From: Spirochaetia bacterium | Lineage (GTDB): Bacteria > Spirochaetota > Spirochaetia > CAKZLE01 | Assembly (NCBI GenBank): GCA_963677595.1 | Contig: OY782041.1 | Location: 2,624,001 to 2,688,000 of the forward strand | Length of the DNA: 64,000 nt | Reading direction: 5' to 3' | Shown here: positions 9,979 through 20,168 of the stretch, piece after piece | Numbering within the stretch: the stretch's first letter is position 1 | Layout of the letters: each line of letters opens with the position of its first letter | Notes under the pieces: model-generated | What the model was told of the DNA's origin: nothing | The model's input: only the letters and a program-made list of their open reading frames with translations | Databases searched by the model: none | Position numbers and translations under genes: made by a program

Positions 9979-10696
9979 CGGGGGTGTTCCCTGACCGATA
10001 GTCCCTCGGGGTGACCCCGGTATAGCGCTTGAAGAGCCTGCTGAAATAGCTGCCTGAGAGGAACCCGCACCGCCTGTAGATCTCGGAGACCTGGAGCGTG
10101 GTCTCCCTCAACAGCTTCATCGCCTCCCGTATCCTCCGGTTCTGGAGGTACTCCAAGACCGTATAGCCTGAGAACTCCTTGAACTGGTGGCTGAGATGGC
10201 TCTCTGAGAGCTGCAGGTGGGAAGCGACCTGGTAGATCGAGATATCTTCGTGGTAGTGCCCGTCGATATAGTCCATAGCTTGGCGTACGGTATGCTGCTG
10301 GACTGACGGTTCCTGTGGTGCGGGACCCGCCTGCTCATCAAGCTTCCTGCAGAGTTTCCTGACTGCGGCAAGCAGGTCCTCATGGTCTGCCGGCTTCATG
10401 AGGTAGTCATATACACCGAGCCTGATCGCCTGCTGGGCAAGCTCGAATTCCCCGTAGCCCGTGAGGATGATGGCGCTCCTCGGAGCTGCTCTCTCGATCA
10501 TCTGCAACCCGCTCTGTCCCGGCAGCCTGATGTCGGAAAGGACGACATCAGGATGGAGGGCGCGGATCAGGGATTCCCCGGAGATCCCGTCCGAAGCATC
10601 CCCGATGACCCTGCAGTCGATCGATTCCCAGTCGACTGCGATGAGCAGCTCCTGCCTGATGAGATCCTCATCTTCTATGATTACCACGGTATGCAT
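9971..10696 (-). CDS. Response regulator, REC + AraC (YesN-like)
   Basis: IEDE, SDIRLPG, YLMKP; C-terminal GF.SGSYFSRLFKRYTGVTPRDYR. Confidence 0.93.
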   Translation of the reverse strand: MHTVVIIEDEDLIRQELLIAVDWESIDCRVIGDASDGISGESLIRALHPDVVLSDIRLPGQSGLQMIERAAPRSAIILTGYGEFELAQQAIRLGVYDYLMKPADHEDLLAAVRKLCRKLDEQAGPAPQEPSVQQHTVRQAMDYIDGHYHEDISIYQVASHLQLSESHLSHQFKEFSGYTVLEYLQNRRIREAMKLLRETTLQVSEIYRRCGFLSGSYFSRLFKRYTGVTPRDYRSGNTPVS

Positions 10697-10698
10697 CG

Positions 10699-12396
10699 TT
10701 ATTCCCTGTAGGGGATCAGGATCCGGACCACGGTCCCGACCTGCTCCCTGCTTGTAATTGTTATGTCAGCCTCTCCCTGATAGAAGAGTTCAAGGCGTCT
10801 TCTCACATTCATGATCCCGATATGGTCCCCGTTCAGACCTGCCAGGGATGCTGTCTCGAAGCCTATGCCGTCATCGATGATGGAGACGGCTGCATAGCCC
10901 CTGAAGCGGTAGACATACACCCGGATGGACCAGGTCCCGAGTTTTGGTTCGAGTCCGTGGGTCACTGCATTCTCCACGAATGGCTGGATGATGAGTTTCG
11001 GGGTGATGAACCCCGAGAGTGCAGGATCCGCCGTGATCCGGAAGTGAAGCCGCTCGGGGAACCTGACCTGGACGATCGTCAGGTAGCTCCCAACCAGTTC
11101 CAGGCTCCTGGACAGGGGGAGGGTGTCAGAGCTGCTGCTGATGGAGCTGCGCAGGAGCTTCCCCAGGGCTGAGGAGATCTGAAGGATCTGCTTCTCCCCA
11201 TGAAGTGAGGCCAGGGATCGTATGGTGTTGAGGGTATTGTAGAGGAAGTGGGGATCTATCTGGGCCTGAAGGGCCTTCCTCTCAGCTTCCCGCAGCTGCT
11301 GTTCCTCTTCCTTCGTCAGGTCGATCAGCTCCCGTATCTGGGAGACCATGGCATTGAACCCCTCGGTGAGGGTCCTGATCTCCTCACTCTTCGCCGGGAT
11401 CGTGACTGAGGTATCGAGTTCCCCCTGTTCGACCTGCTTCATGGCCCTCACCAGTGAGCTGATGGGTCTCGTGATATGGTTCGAGGAGATATAGGCAAGC
11501 AGCAGGGCTGCAATGATGCTGATCCCTATGATCACCATGCTCAGCAGCGATATCCTGTCGAGGACATCGGTATAGGCCGAGATCTCGATCGTCCCCGCCA
11601 CTGCCAGGTTCGTACCGGGAATCCGGGCCTGGGCGATGATATGGTCAGGGGAGATCCTTACGGATTCAAAGGAGGAGGGCGAAGCTTCCTCGATCAGGGC
11701 GGGGAAGAGGCTGTAGTCTCCGTGCAGGTCTGTCTGCAGGAGGGAGGACGCGGAGAGGGTCTCCATATCGATGAGGATGATGTCGCTGAAGATCGGTTCC
11801 TCACAGAGATCTGAGAGGGTTGAGGAGAAGATATCGATGATGGCATACCCGATGGTACGGTCGGAAGCGTTCCGTACAGCCCGGACCATATTGAGCATGA
11901 TGATGTCATTCCTGTTGTTGGCGTACCGCTCGTTCAGCAGCAGCACTGGTTCTGAGTCAAGCCTGTCAAGCACTGCCGCGATACTCTCGTCATTGCTGTG
12001 GTAGCGGATATCGTAGATGGAGGGGAACTCATGGGTGGAGAACTGCCTTCTCCCGTCGATGCTGACCAGGTGGGCTGACGCATCATAGATCGTGCCCCTC
12101 ATCGTCAGGTAGAGCTGCTGATAGAGCTCCCTGGAGGTATAGGTCCCGGAGTTGGTCAGGACATCATGGATGACCTCATTGCCCGCGATCTCGTAACTAC
12201 GGTGTCGGTAGTCCTCCAGACAGGTGCCGAATCTGGAGATGATCCCGGAAAGCGCAGCATCAGCCTGGGAGGAGAGGTGTTCGTTCACCGTCCGTGAGAC
12301 CGAGGTGTAGTAGAAGAGTGTGAGGAAGAGCACGGGCAGCAGCGCAATGAGGAGGAAATAGGCCATGAGTCTTCGTGTGAGTGATCTTCGGGACAT
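10699..12396 (-). CDS. Sensor histidine kinase (YesM-like)
   Basis: Two transmembrane segments, HAMP, LQAQIDPHFLYNTL, QPFVENAVTHG, DDGIG, HIGIMNV. Confidence 0.93.
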   Translation of the reverse strand: MSRRSLTRRLMAYFLLIALLPVLFLTLFYYTSVSRTVNEHLSSQADAALSGIISRFGTCLEDYRHRSYEIAGNEVIHDVLTNSGTYTSRELYQQLYLTMRGTIYDASAHLVSIDGRRQFSTHEFPSIYDIRYHSNDESIAAVLDRLDSEPVLLLNERYANNRNDIIMLNMVRAVRNASDRTIGYAIIDIFSSTLSDLCEEPIFSDIILIDMETLSASSLLQTDLHGDYSLFPALIEEASPSSFESVRISPDHIIAQARIPGTNLAVAGTIEISAYTDVLDRISLLSMVIIGISIIAALLLAYISSNHITRPISSLVRAMKQVEQGELDTSVTIPAKSEEIRTLTEGFNAMVSQIRELIDLTKEEEQQLREAERKALQAQIDPHFLYNTLNTIRSLASLHGEKQILQISSALGKLLRSSISSSSDTLPLSRSLELVGSYLTIVQVRFPERLHFRITADPALSGFITPKLIIQPFVENAVTHGLEPKLGTWSIRVYVYRFRGYAAVSIIDDGIGFETASLAGLNGDHIGIMNVRRRLELFYQGEADITITSREQVGTVVRILIPYRE

Positions 12397-12468
12397 AGCT
12401 TGTATAGTACCATAGGAGAGAGGAGTTTTGTACAGGAATCTTTACATAGTATTCAGGACGATCACCAT

Positions 12469-12497
12469 GAGACCCCGATGGGGAGAGACGGGGTCTC
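12469..12497 (-). terminator. Possible terminator hairpin
   Basis: GAGACCCCG...CGGGGTCTC just downstream of the stop at 12513; weak U-tract. Confidence 0.4.
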
Positions 12498-12512
12498 TAG
12501 TACTGCGGGAGC

Positions 12513-13262
12513 TTATCGCAGGTCAGCTCCGTTGATCTGCTTGACGATCAAGGGGTTTGTGAGGGCCATTCCGATATCGAGGCCGACATAGACATAGACT
12601 CCGCTTGAGAACAGCGAGGCATCAGACAGGGGAAGATCTATGACGCCTAACGAAGTCTCTCCCAGATAAACAGATGCCTGCCAATTGCTCCCCGAATGGG
12701 AGACTTTCAGGATGAGGTCCTTGCCGTCATAGTTCGTCTCTCCTCCAGAAACCCAGACCTGCGGTGGTGTGTTCCAGTTCGGTCCACCCAGGTCTCCCGG
12801 TGTCATCTCCATGGCATAAATCCCGGCTGGTTTCAGTTCGAACATGACCCCGTCAGCAAATGCCGGGTCTACACCGGTACCGCCTTCGCTCTCAGAAAAG
12901 AAGACAGAAAGCCTTTCTCCATCATCAAGCGTGTTCTCATACGCATCCCAGTTGATCGTCACCGAAAGGGAAATGTCGTTGTCAAGTTCATAGGGCTCCG
13001 GGGATCTTGCTGAGTTCATGAAACCCACTGAATTCCCAGTCAGGCTGATTGAATCATAGGAGCCTGTATCAGTGATGACCATGGGGGAGTTATTGGGCTG
13101 GACCATCTCCTTGAAGAATGCATCCTCACTGCTTGGGGTGGAATCCTCGGGGGTATTGTCATCAGGCGGATCGAATCCGAAGAACGGACAACTGATAAAG
13201 AATAATGATGCGGCACATACAAGCAGGACAGCATACGAAACGGAACACTTACTTCTTTTCAT
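12513..13262 (-). CDS. Hypothetical lipoprotein
   Basis: RBS GAGGAG before ATG 13262; basic N-terminus, hydrophobic stretch and FFISC lipobox-like motif; acidic Pro/Ser linker, then a beta-rich domain. Confidence 0.7.
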   Translation of the reverse strand: MKRSKCSVSYAVLLVCAASLFFISCPFFGFDPPDDNTPEDSTPSSEDAFFKEMVQPNNSPMVITDTGSYDSISLTGNSVGFMNSARSPEPYELDNDISLSVTINWDAYENTLDDGERLSVFFSESEGGTGVDPAFADGVMFELKPAGIYAMEMTPGDLGGPNWNTPPQVWVSGGETNYDGKDLILKVSHSGSNWQASVYLGETSLGVIDLPLSDASLFSSGVYVYVGLDIGMALTNPLIVKQINGADLR

Positions 13263-13591
13263 CGTACTTGTCTCCTCTATGCTTATACACCATGATATTC
13301 CCCGGGAGACGGTAACACAAGATTTCAGGGTGGAATAAAATGATATACGCCAAGCACAGACCATATGTGCACTGCTTGGTTTGGTGGTTGGCGAGAAGGA
13401 AACGTATTCTACCCCATAGCTGAACGGAAAGGATTCCATCGTTACATCCTTTCCAAATATGATTAATTTACTATATTTTTACAGTAGGAGGATAATCCGG
13501 TATTGCGTAACCTAGCATGATTCTGCATGATGATGTGAATCATAGAAAGTACATATCTATCTCAGATCGCTATGAAATTGGATAATGCTAT

Positions 13592-14053
13592 ATGAATGTG
13601 AAATATATATTTACGGGCTTTCACGAGCAGAAGCGCATACAGGTTCCCAGGGCGATCATATCGAGCCTGCTGGCTGCTCTGGTTGATTACGGTGTGATGG
13701 TCGTCCTAGTCGAGGTGTTCGAGGTCGCCCCGCTCACAGCTGGTACTGCCGGTATGATCGCTGGCCTGGTCAGCATCTACTTTGCCGGAAGGTTCTGGAT
13801 CTATCCACAGGTAACAGGGGCAAAGGCCGCAGGGATCGAGATCCTCTGGTTCATCCTTCTCTCCCTCATCGGAGCCGGGATCCATACGGTAGTCCTGGCC
13901 TTCGGTCTCGATACCTTACACATACACTATCTTATCGCAAAGTCTCTCGCCGCGACCCTCATGTTTTGCTGGAACTTCTTCAGCCGCAGGGCTGCGAATC
14001 GAATGATCAGGAACAGGCAGAAGCTTCAGGAGGTGCAGGATGCAGAACACTGA
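13592..14053 (+). CDS. GtrA-family membrane protein
   Basis: Four transmembrane segments; ALVDYG, RFWIY, HYLIAK, CWNF. Confidence 0.82.
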   Translation: MNVKYIFTGFHEQKRIQVPRAIISSLLAALVDYGVMVVLVEVFEVAPLTAGTAGMIAGLVSIYFAGRFWIYPQVTGAKAAGIEILWFILLSLIGAGIHTVVLAFGLDTLHIHYLIAKSLAATLMFCWNFFSRRAANRMIRNRQKLQEVQDAEH

Positions 14054-15122
14054 GATCATCTTCCCACGGAACAGACTCAGAAGGAAGTTCAGCCGAGTAC
14101 TGCTTCGTACCCTGCTGCCGCTGGTCTTCCGGGTACGGATCACCGGGCTTGAGAACCTCAAGAACTGCGGGCCAGCCCTCCTGGCAGGCAATCACAGCGG
14201 ATTCCTCGAGATTCTCCTCATGATCGCCTACGGGCCGAAGTATATCGAGTTCATCGGCTCCGGGGATGTCCCGATGGACCCGAGCTATCGCCGACTTACC
14301 GAGTTCTACAGCTTCATCCCCGTGAATCGGGGGAATGTCGACCGGGCAGCCTTCAGGAACTCAGTCGATGTTCTCAAGCAGGGCGGCTACCTCGGGATCT
14401 TCCCTGAGGGAGGGATCTGGGAGGCGGAACAGGGTACCGCCCAGAAGGGTGTTTCTTGGATCGCCATGCAGGCCCAGGTCCCGGTCATCCCGGTGGGTGT
14501 CGGGGGACTCCAGCATGTCGGGGAGAGCCTCAAGCGATTCAAGAGGCCGCTGCTGACCGTAGGTGTCGGGGAACCGATACCGCCTGTCAGGAGCGACATC
14601 CGGACCGGGCGGAAAGAGGCGATGCAGATCCATGCAGAGAGTGTCATGAACGCGATCATGGAAGCGATCCCTGATGATCTCCGGGCCGTCATGAAGCGGC
14701 CGGTCTATGAATGCTTCAGTCTTGAGCTGAAGACCACTGATGGTACCGACCTGAGTGACGGGATACCTCATGGGGACGCCCTTGCACACCTGATGTTCAA
14801 GCCGGTCCTGATCCGGACCTTCAGGGTGAACCTCGGGCTTGATGTCCATGCTCTGGAACAGCTCGAGAAGAGACCGTCGGGGAGAGAGTTCGCGACAGCA
14901 GCTGATGCAGTCCTCTCCTACCTGAAGGTGAATCCCCATTTCTTCATCTACCGGTTCGGTGCGGAGACAGGCAACAGGATCAGGGATGCCTTTACTGGCC
15001 TTTCCGCACTGGGGCATGCCCATGCTGATGAACCCCTTGATCTGAGCCTGACGAGGATCTGGATGCCTGCAGACCGCAGCGGGGAACGGACCGTTACCAT
15101 CCCTTCAGCTTCAGATAGTTGA
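14040..15122 (+). CDS. PlsC-like lysophospholipid acyltransferase with C-terminal extension
   Basis: GLENL, NHSGFLE (HX4D motif with E), FIPVNRG, IFPEGG, VPVIPVG. Confidence 0.85.
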   Translation: MQNTEIIFPRNRLRRKFSRVLLRTLLPLVFRVRITGLENLKNCGPALLAGNHSGFLEILLMIAYGPKYIEFIGSGDVPMDPSYRRLTEFYSFIPVNRGNVDRAAFRNSVDVLKQGGYLGIFPEGGIWEAEQGTAQKGVSWIAMQAQVPVIPVGVGGLQHVGESLKRFKRPLLTVGVGEPIPPVRSDIRTGRKEAMQIHAESVMNAIMEAIPDDLRAVMKRPVYECFSLELKTTDGTDLSDGIPHGDALAHLMFKPVLIRTFRVNLGLDVHALEQLEKRPSGREFATAADAVLSYLKVNPHFFIYRFGAETGNRIRDAFTGLSALGHAHADEPLDLSLTRIWMPADRSGERTVTIPSASDS

Positions 15123-15210
15123 AAGATGCATCACTCCGGTTAGGTCGGGTGAACCCTCTTCCCTCCAGCATACCTCATAGCGTCTCATGGTTGCAGCAGC
15201 CTGCTTCCCC

Positions 15211-15903
15211 TCATGATAAGAGCCCCTGGTAATACTGCTCCGTCCGGTCCTGCGCCAGTTTGTTCAACAGGAGCAGCAGACGGAGGATACCCGCCATGGC
15301 AGCGAGTATGAGAACCGAGGCTGCAGCTACCATGAGCCAGCTACCCATGACATCGGGATGGAGGAATCCGTAGATATAAGTGCCTGTAAGCAGTGAGTGA
15401 CCTAGGTGGAAGACGAAGTAGAGCAGGGGGTAGGCAAGCACGGCGAGTGCTCTCCTGAACGGTATGTCTCTCATATCATGCAGGGCCAGGTAGTCGATGA
15501 GGATCAGCAGCGGGATGGTGTAGTGGGCTATCCCCGATATATGAAGACTGTAGAAGTGGATGAGCGGGGAGATCTTCCCGGCTATCAGCAGTGAGTAGAG
15601 GGTGCTCGTGAAGTACTCATCGAGCAGCAGGGAGAAGACGATGCCGGTGACCTGCATGTAGAGCGTCACGGCAAGAGGTATGAGCTTCTTACCGCGGATG
15701 CACCCGGCAGAGGAGAAGACCCAGTAGAGACCGCAGAGAATATTGCTCTGGACGGTGAAGTAGAAGATCGCCGGGATCTCCGTGCTCCAGGTGAAGATGA
15801 TCCTGGCAGCGACATTGATGAGGGTGAGAATTCCCAGCACCAGCCGGATGATGGTCTTCACCCGCTGACTGATGAAACGCTCTCGCAGGACAACTCCTTC
15901 CAT
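15211..15903 (-). CDS. Pr6Pr-like integral membrane protein
   Basis: YFTVQSN, TGIVF.LLL, HYTIP, YPLLY, YIYGFL. Confidence 0.72.
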   Translation of the reverse strand: MEGVVLRERFISQRVKTIIRLVLGILTLINVAARIIFTWSTEIPAIFYFTVQSNILCGLYWVFSSAGCIRGKKLIPLAVTLYMQVTGIVFSLLLDEYFTSTLYSLLIAGKISPLIHFYSLHISGIAHYTIPLLILIDYLALHDMRDIPFRRALAVLAYPLLYFVFHLGHSLLTGTYIYGFLHPDVMGSWLMVAAASVLILAAMAGILRLLLLLNKLAQDRTEQYYQGLLS

Positions 15904-16028
15904 ACTACAGGCCTCCGTATGAATCTTGCTCACCATTAGAGTGTATCAAAGAAGGCGAAGGTGTGGAAGGCCCGTCCCCGGTCATGTGGTCTCTTGACTA
16001 TTGTCACCAAGTAGCCAATGATGCAGCT

Positions 16029-17561
16029 ATGGGATACCGAGAGTACGATGTGCGGCTCCCGTCCGATTACACCGACGGGGAGCTGAAGGCAGCCCTGCAG
16101 AAGAAGAGCAGGCTGAAGGATTTCACCTATGCGATCACGCGGAAGAGCCTCGATGCACGGAAGAAGCACGATATCTGCTGGCAGGTGCGTGCGGCTGTCT
16201 TCAGTCCTGCATACCCCGACCAGCAGGAAGCATTCCCGGTCCTTGAGATCCCCAGGCTCACGACTGATCAGTCGGCTCTGGTCGTCGGCAGCGGTCCGGC
16301 AGGCTTCTTCGCAGCCCTGACCCTCCAGAAGGCAGGGTTCGATGTCACCCTCATCGAACGGGGCTGTGATGTCGAAGAACGGTCTGCAGGCATCTCCGAT
16401 TTCGAGGCAGGCGGGAGTTTCCACCCCGATGCGAACTACGCCTTCGGGGAGGGCGGGGCCGGCACCTTCAGCGACGGGAAGCTCACCAGCAGGTCCAAAC
16501 ATATCAAGCCGGAGCGGCAGTTCATCCTCGAGACCTATATCTCAGCAGGGGCTCCGGAGGAGATCCGCTACCTTGCCCATCCCCACCTCGGGACGGACAA
16601 CCTGAAGGTCATCGTCAGGAACCTGCGGGAACAGTTCACAGTCCTCGGCGGCACCATCCTCTTCAAGACGATGCTCGACGATATCACGGTACGGGACGGA
16701 GGGGTCACATTAGTCTCAACCTCAGCCGGCGTGATGGAGCCCGACCATCTCATCATCGCCCCAGGCCACTCCTCCTATGAGACCTACCGAATGCTTATAC
16801 GCAGAGGGGTCCCGTTCAGGAACAAGAACTTCGCCATCGGCTCACGGGTGGAGCATCCGCAGGAGCTGATCAACCTTGCCCAGTGGGGAGTTCCCTCGAT
16901 CAGGGGAGTCAAGGCCGCTGAGTACCGGCTCACCTCACAGGCAGATGAGCATCATCCAGTCTATACCTTCTGCATGTGCCCGGGCGGTACGGTCGTACCC
17001 GCGACCGCCTATGCCGGGCAGAACATCGTCAACGGGATGAGCCGCTACCGAAGGAACGGCAGGTTCGCCAATGCAGCCTGCGTGGCAGGACTGCAGATCG
17101 AAGAACTCCTCGGGCGGGAAGTCTCCCCGCTCGAAGCCCTTGACTGGCTAGAGCAGCTGGAGGCTTCAGCCTTCGAGGCGACAGGGTACCGTGCCCCCGC
17201 AGTATCGATCAGGGACTTCCTCTCGGGCAACCCTATCGGCAACCTGCCGGACAGCAGCTATCCCCTCGGGCTGCAGGAGTATCCCCTCTGGGAACTGCTT
17301 CCCGGGACCATCGTCCAGGCTATGAGGACCGGGCTGAAGGACTTTTCCAGGAAACTCAAGGGCTATGACCGGGGGTTGATCCTCGGGCTCGAGACCAAGA
17401 CCAGCGGACCGGTCCAGGTACTAAGGGAGCAGGACGGGCGGGTTTCCGGGTTCTCCAACCTCTACCTCATCGGGGAGGGCAGCGGGTATGCCGGCGGGAT
17501 CATCTCGAGTGCGGCGGATGGGGTCAAGGCTGTTATGGCTATAGCGTACGGTCAGCAGTAG
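16029..17561 (+). CDS. NAD(P)/FAD-dependent oxidoreductase (uncharacterised family)
   Basis: VVGSGPAG, FGEGGAGTFSDGKL, TFCMCPGG, GEGSGYAGGIISSAADG. Confidence 0.88.
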   Translation: MGYREYDVRLPSDYTDGELKAALQKKSRLKDFTYAITRKSLDARKKHDICWQVRAAVFSPAYPDQQEAFPVLEIPRLTTDQSALVVGSGPAGFFAALTLQKAGFDVTLIERGCDVEERSAGISDFEAGGSFHPDANYAFGEGGAGTFSDGKLTSRSKHIKPERQFILETYISAGAPEEIRYLAHPHLGTDNLKVIVRNLREQFTVLGGTILFKTMLDDITVRDGGVTLVSTSAGVMEPDHLIIAPGHSSYETYRMLIRRGVPFRNKNFAIGSRVEHPQELINLAQWGVPSIRGVKAAEYRLTSQADEHHPVYTFCMCPGGTVVPATAYAGQNIVNGMSRYRRNGRFANAACVAGLQIEELLGREVSPLEALDWLEQLEASAFEATGYRAPAVSIRDFLSGNPIGNLPDSSYPLGLQEYPLWELLPGTIVQAMRTGLKDFSRKLKGYDRGLILGLETKTSGPVQVLREQDGRVSGFSNLYLIGEGSGYAGGIISSAADGVKAVMAIAYGQQ

Positions 17562-18349
17562 AGATCTTTTCGCCTGATCCCCAGGAGGGAGATGAGGAGG
17601 AAGCATACGATCAGGCAGGCAGTCATGATGATGCCGTACAGCCCGATCGGGTCACCCCGCATGATCGAGACTGAAGAGAAGAACTCGAACGGAGTCACGT
17701 ACGTGAGGAAACTGAGGGATTCATCCAGGTTGATCAGGAACGTGAGGACATAGAGGGCCATGGTGATCCCCGCACCGATCATCCCTGTCCTCTTGTGGTT
17801 CGTCGATAGGGTGGAGATGAGGAATCCGCCGGAGAGGAAGAGCAGCTGTACGGTGAACATGGAGAGGAAGAAGACCGGCAGGCGGGTGAAGAACGCGGGA
17901 TCCGGATCGAACCTCATGAACGTCAGCAGCGATGCGGCATAGAGGACAGATGAGAAGAGAACACAATCGATGATGGCTGCATACAGCTTCATCCGGGTGA
18001 TACGGGACCTTGAGACCGGCATGGTGAAGAGGATCTCAGAGGTCCTCTTTCGAAGTTCTTTCGAGATGATGTTCGTCCCTGCCAGTACCGCATAGATAGC
18101 CCCAAGCATCATGAGGTACTCTCCCATATAGCTGAAATAGCCTCCCGCTGTGTTGAAACTGATCAGGTCGAACGAAAGAGCCTTGTACATGGATTCAGGG
18201 AACATCTTCATGAGGGATCCCATGTCGAATGCCATGTTCTGGAGGCTCACGAGCTCAGTACTCGCCCCGCTGACAAGCAGGATGATCCCGGCACACCAGA
18301 TCACCAGTCCTTTCAGGCTTCTGCGCAGTTCGTGCAAGATGATATTCAT
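17552..18349 (-). CDS. ABC-2 type exporter permease
   Basis: Six transmembrane segments; ISKELRKRTSEILFTMPVSR; TPFEFF. Confidence 0.85.
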   Translation of the reverse strand: MNIILHELRRSLKGLVIWCAGIILLVSGASTELVSLQNMAFDMGSLMKMFPESMYKALSFDLISFNTAGGYFSYMGEYLMMLGAIYAVLAGTNIISKELRKRTSEILFTMPVSRSRITRMKLYAAIIDCVLFSSVLYAASLLTFMRFDPDPAFFTRLPVFFLSMFTVQLLFLSGGFLISTLSTNHKRTGMIGAGITMALYVLTFLINLDESLSFLTYVTPFEFFSSVSIMRGDPIGLYGIIMTACLIVCFLLISLLGIRRKDLYC

Positions 18350-18361
18350 TCTGCCCTCCCT

Positions 18362-19156
18362 TTAGACCGATGACGTGATATCACGCTGTCCGTACAGCAG
18401 GTAACTGCTCAGAATACAGGCACCTGTAACGGCCAGACTGATGATGAGGCCATACGATTTCATGCTCCCGTGTTCCGCGATATAGGTGAATTCCACATAA
18501 CCGAACGGCACGAAGTAGCGGAGGACCGTGTCGTCCATGATGATGTTGAAGGTATTCAGGACATAACAGCCCAGCGTGATCCCCAATGAGATCGGAAGAG
18601 GTGAATCCAGCTGCCTCAATAGCATGGAGATCACCAGTCCGATAGAGAAGAAGAGTACTCCCATGAGTAACACACCACCGATCATCAACCAGTAGGATGG
18701 GACGTCAAAGGTCTTCCCCTCTGTGAATATCCTGATGAACAGGAGGTCGGTCCCTGCGATGACCAGGGAGAAGAGGATGATCAGGAACAGGTCCGCTAGG
18801 ATCTTCATCGTGAGGACCCGGGTCCTGGTCACTGGTTTCGTCAACAGGTGATCGGCAGTCCCGTCTGCCTCCTCGGGAAGGACTGCCCTGAGCCCGAGGT
18901 TTGTCGCAAAGATGGCGCAGAAGAGCGTCAGGTACGGACCGAGCATGGCAAGATACCCCAGGACCGTTGTGAAATCGGTATCCATGCCGAGAGCCTGAAG
19001 ATATGCCTTCGGAAAATCCGAGATTACCTGTACCAGTGCATCACTGCTGAGCGCATCGAACATGGAGAAATAGACACCTGAGAACAGCACGATCGCTGCG
19101 AGCCAGATCAGCAGAGAGCCGATCCTCTGTCTCAGTTCGAGTAGGAATATCTGCAT
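18362..19156 (-). CDS. ABC-2 type exporter permease
   Basis: EEADGTADHLLTKPVTR; paralogous to the neighbouring permease. Confidence 0.85.
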   Translation of the reverse strand: MQIFLLELRQRIGSLLIWLAAIVLFSGVYFSMFDALSSDALVQVISDFPKAYLQALGMDTDFTTVLGYLAMLGPYLTLFCAIFATNLGLRAVLPEEADGTADHLLTKPVTRTRVLTMKILADLFLIILFSLVIAGTDLLFIRIFTEGKTFDVPSYWLMIGGVLLMGVLFFSIGLVISMLLRQLDSPLPISLGITLGCYVLNTFNIIMDDTVLRYFVPFGYVEFTYIAEHGSMKSYGLIISLAVTGACILSSYLLYGQRDITSSV

Positions 19157-19161
19157 ATGGG

Positions 19162-20040
19162 CTACCGGTAATAGTTCATGAAGATCTCTTCCAGTGAAGG
19201 TTCGGAGATCTTCAGGTCGATGATGCGGTGCCCGTTCAGCACGTTGAGTACCTCGTTTATATCGCCGGAGTGGAGGAACGAGAGCGTATTCCCATCAGCG
19301 ATGAGTTCCTCCACTCCATCGATCCTCAGGTCCTGCCCCTTCAGGGTGTCGCAGACGACAGAGTACTTGCGGTATGATTCACGGTTGATCGATGCGATGT
19401 CATCGATACGGATGATCCCTCCCTCCTTGATGAAGGCGATCCGGTCGCAGAGTCGCTGCACCTCACCCAGGATATGGGAGGAGAAGAGGACGGTCACACC
19501 CCGTGCCTGCTCCTCCCTGATGATCTCGAAGAAGGTCTGCTGCATGAGTGGGTCCAACCCTGAGGTCGGTTCGTCGAGGATGATGAGCCTCGGGGAATGG
19601 AGCAGGCCTAGGACGATCCCTACCTTCTTGCGGTTCCCGTAGGAGAGGGAGTCAAGTCTCCTGGAGGTGTCTACTTCGAGCCTCGAGCAGAGATCGCTGA
19701 TCCTCTTCGAGCAGTCCTTGTCATAGAAGCTCGCGGCATAGGAGAGCATCTGTGATACCTTCATCCGGTCATAGAAGAAGACCTCTCCCGGCAGGTAGCC
19801 GACTTCCCTCCGGATCTCAGGGCCGGAAGCGATGCAGTCCTTCCCGAAGATGGAGGCCCTGCCGCCCGAGGGGAAGATCAGGCCGACCAACAGCCTGATC
19901 GTCGTCGTCTTACCAGCCCCGTTCGGTCCGATGAACCCGAAGATCTCCCCCTCCTTCACGGAGAAGGAGACATCTTCGATCCCGCGGGCCTTCCCGTAGT
20001 ACTTGGTCAGGTTCGCTATCTCGATGATATTCTTATCCAT
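19162..20040 (-). CDS. ABC exporter ATP-binding protein
   Basis: GPNGAGKTT, LSYGNRKK, LDEPTSGLDP, SSH, EPSLEEIF. Confidence 0.93.
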   Translation of the reverse strand: MDKNIIEIANLTKYYGKARGIEDVSFSVKEGEIFGFIGPNGAGKTTTIRLLVGLIFPSGGRASIFGKDCIASGPEIRREVGYLPGEVFFYDRMKVSQMLSYAASFYDKDCSKRISDLCSRLEVDTSRRLDSLSYGNRKKVGIVLGLLHSPRLIILDEPTSGLDPLMQQTFFEIIREEQARGVTVLFSSHILGEVQRLCDRIAFIKEGGIIRIDDIASINRESYRKYSVVCDTLKGQDLRIDGVEELIADGNTLSFLHSGDINEVLNVLNGHRIIDLKISEPSLEEIFMNYYR

Positions 20041-20102
20041 TCCTGCATACTCCCTGCCCTCAGTGTAGGGGATGGGAAGGCCTGTGTAAATGAAAAGTTC
20101 AA

Positions 20103-20149
20103 GACCTTCGGTCAAGACCACCGGTCAAACCTTCGGTCAGACCACCGGG
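20103..20149. promoter_or_regulatory. Array of four GACC-N3-GGTC-like boxes upstream of the ABC exporter
   Basis: GACCTTCGGTC, GACCACCGGTC, AACCTTCGGTC and GACCACCGGGA in tandem. Confidence 0.55.
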
Positions 20150-20168
20150 ACGATGGGACCTCCTGCAC

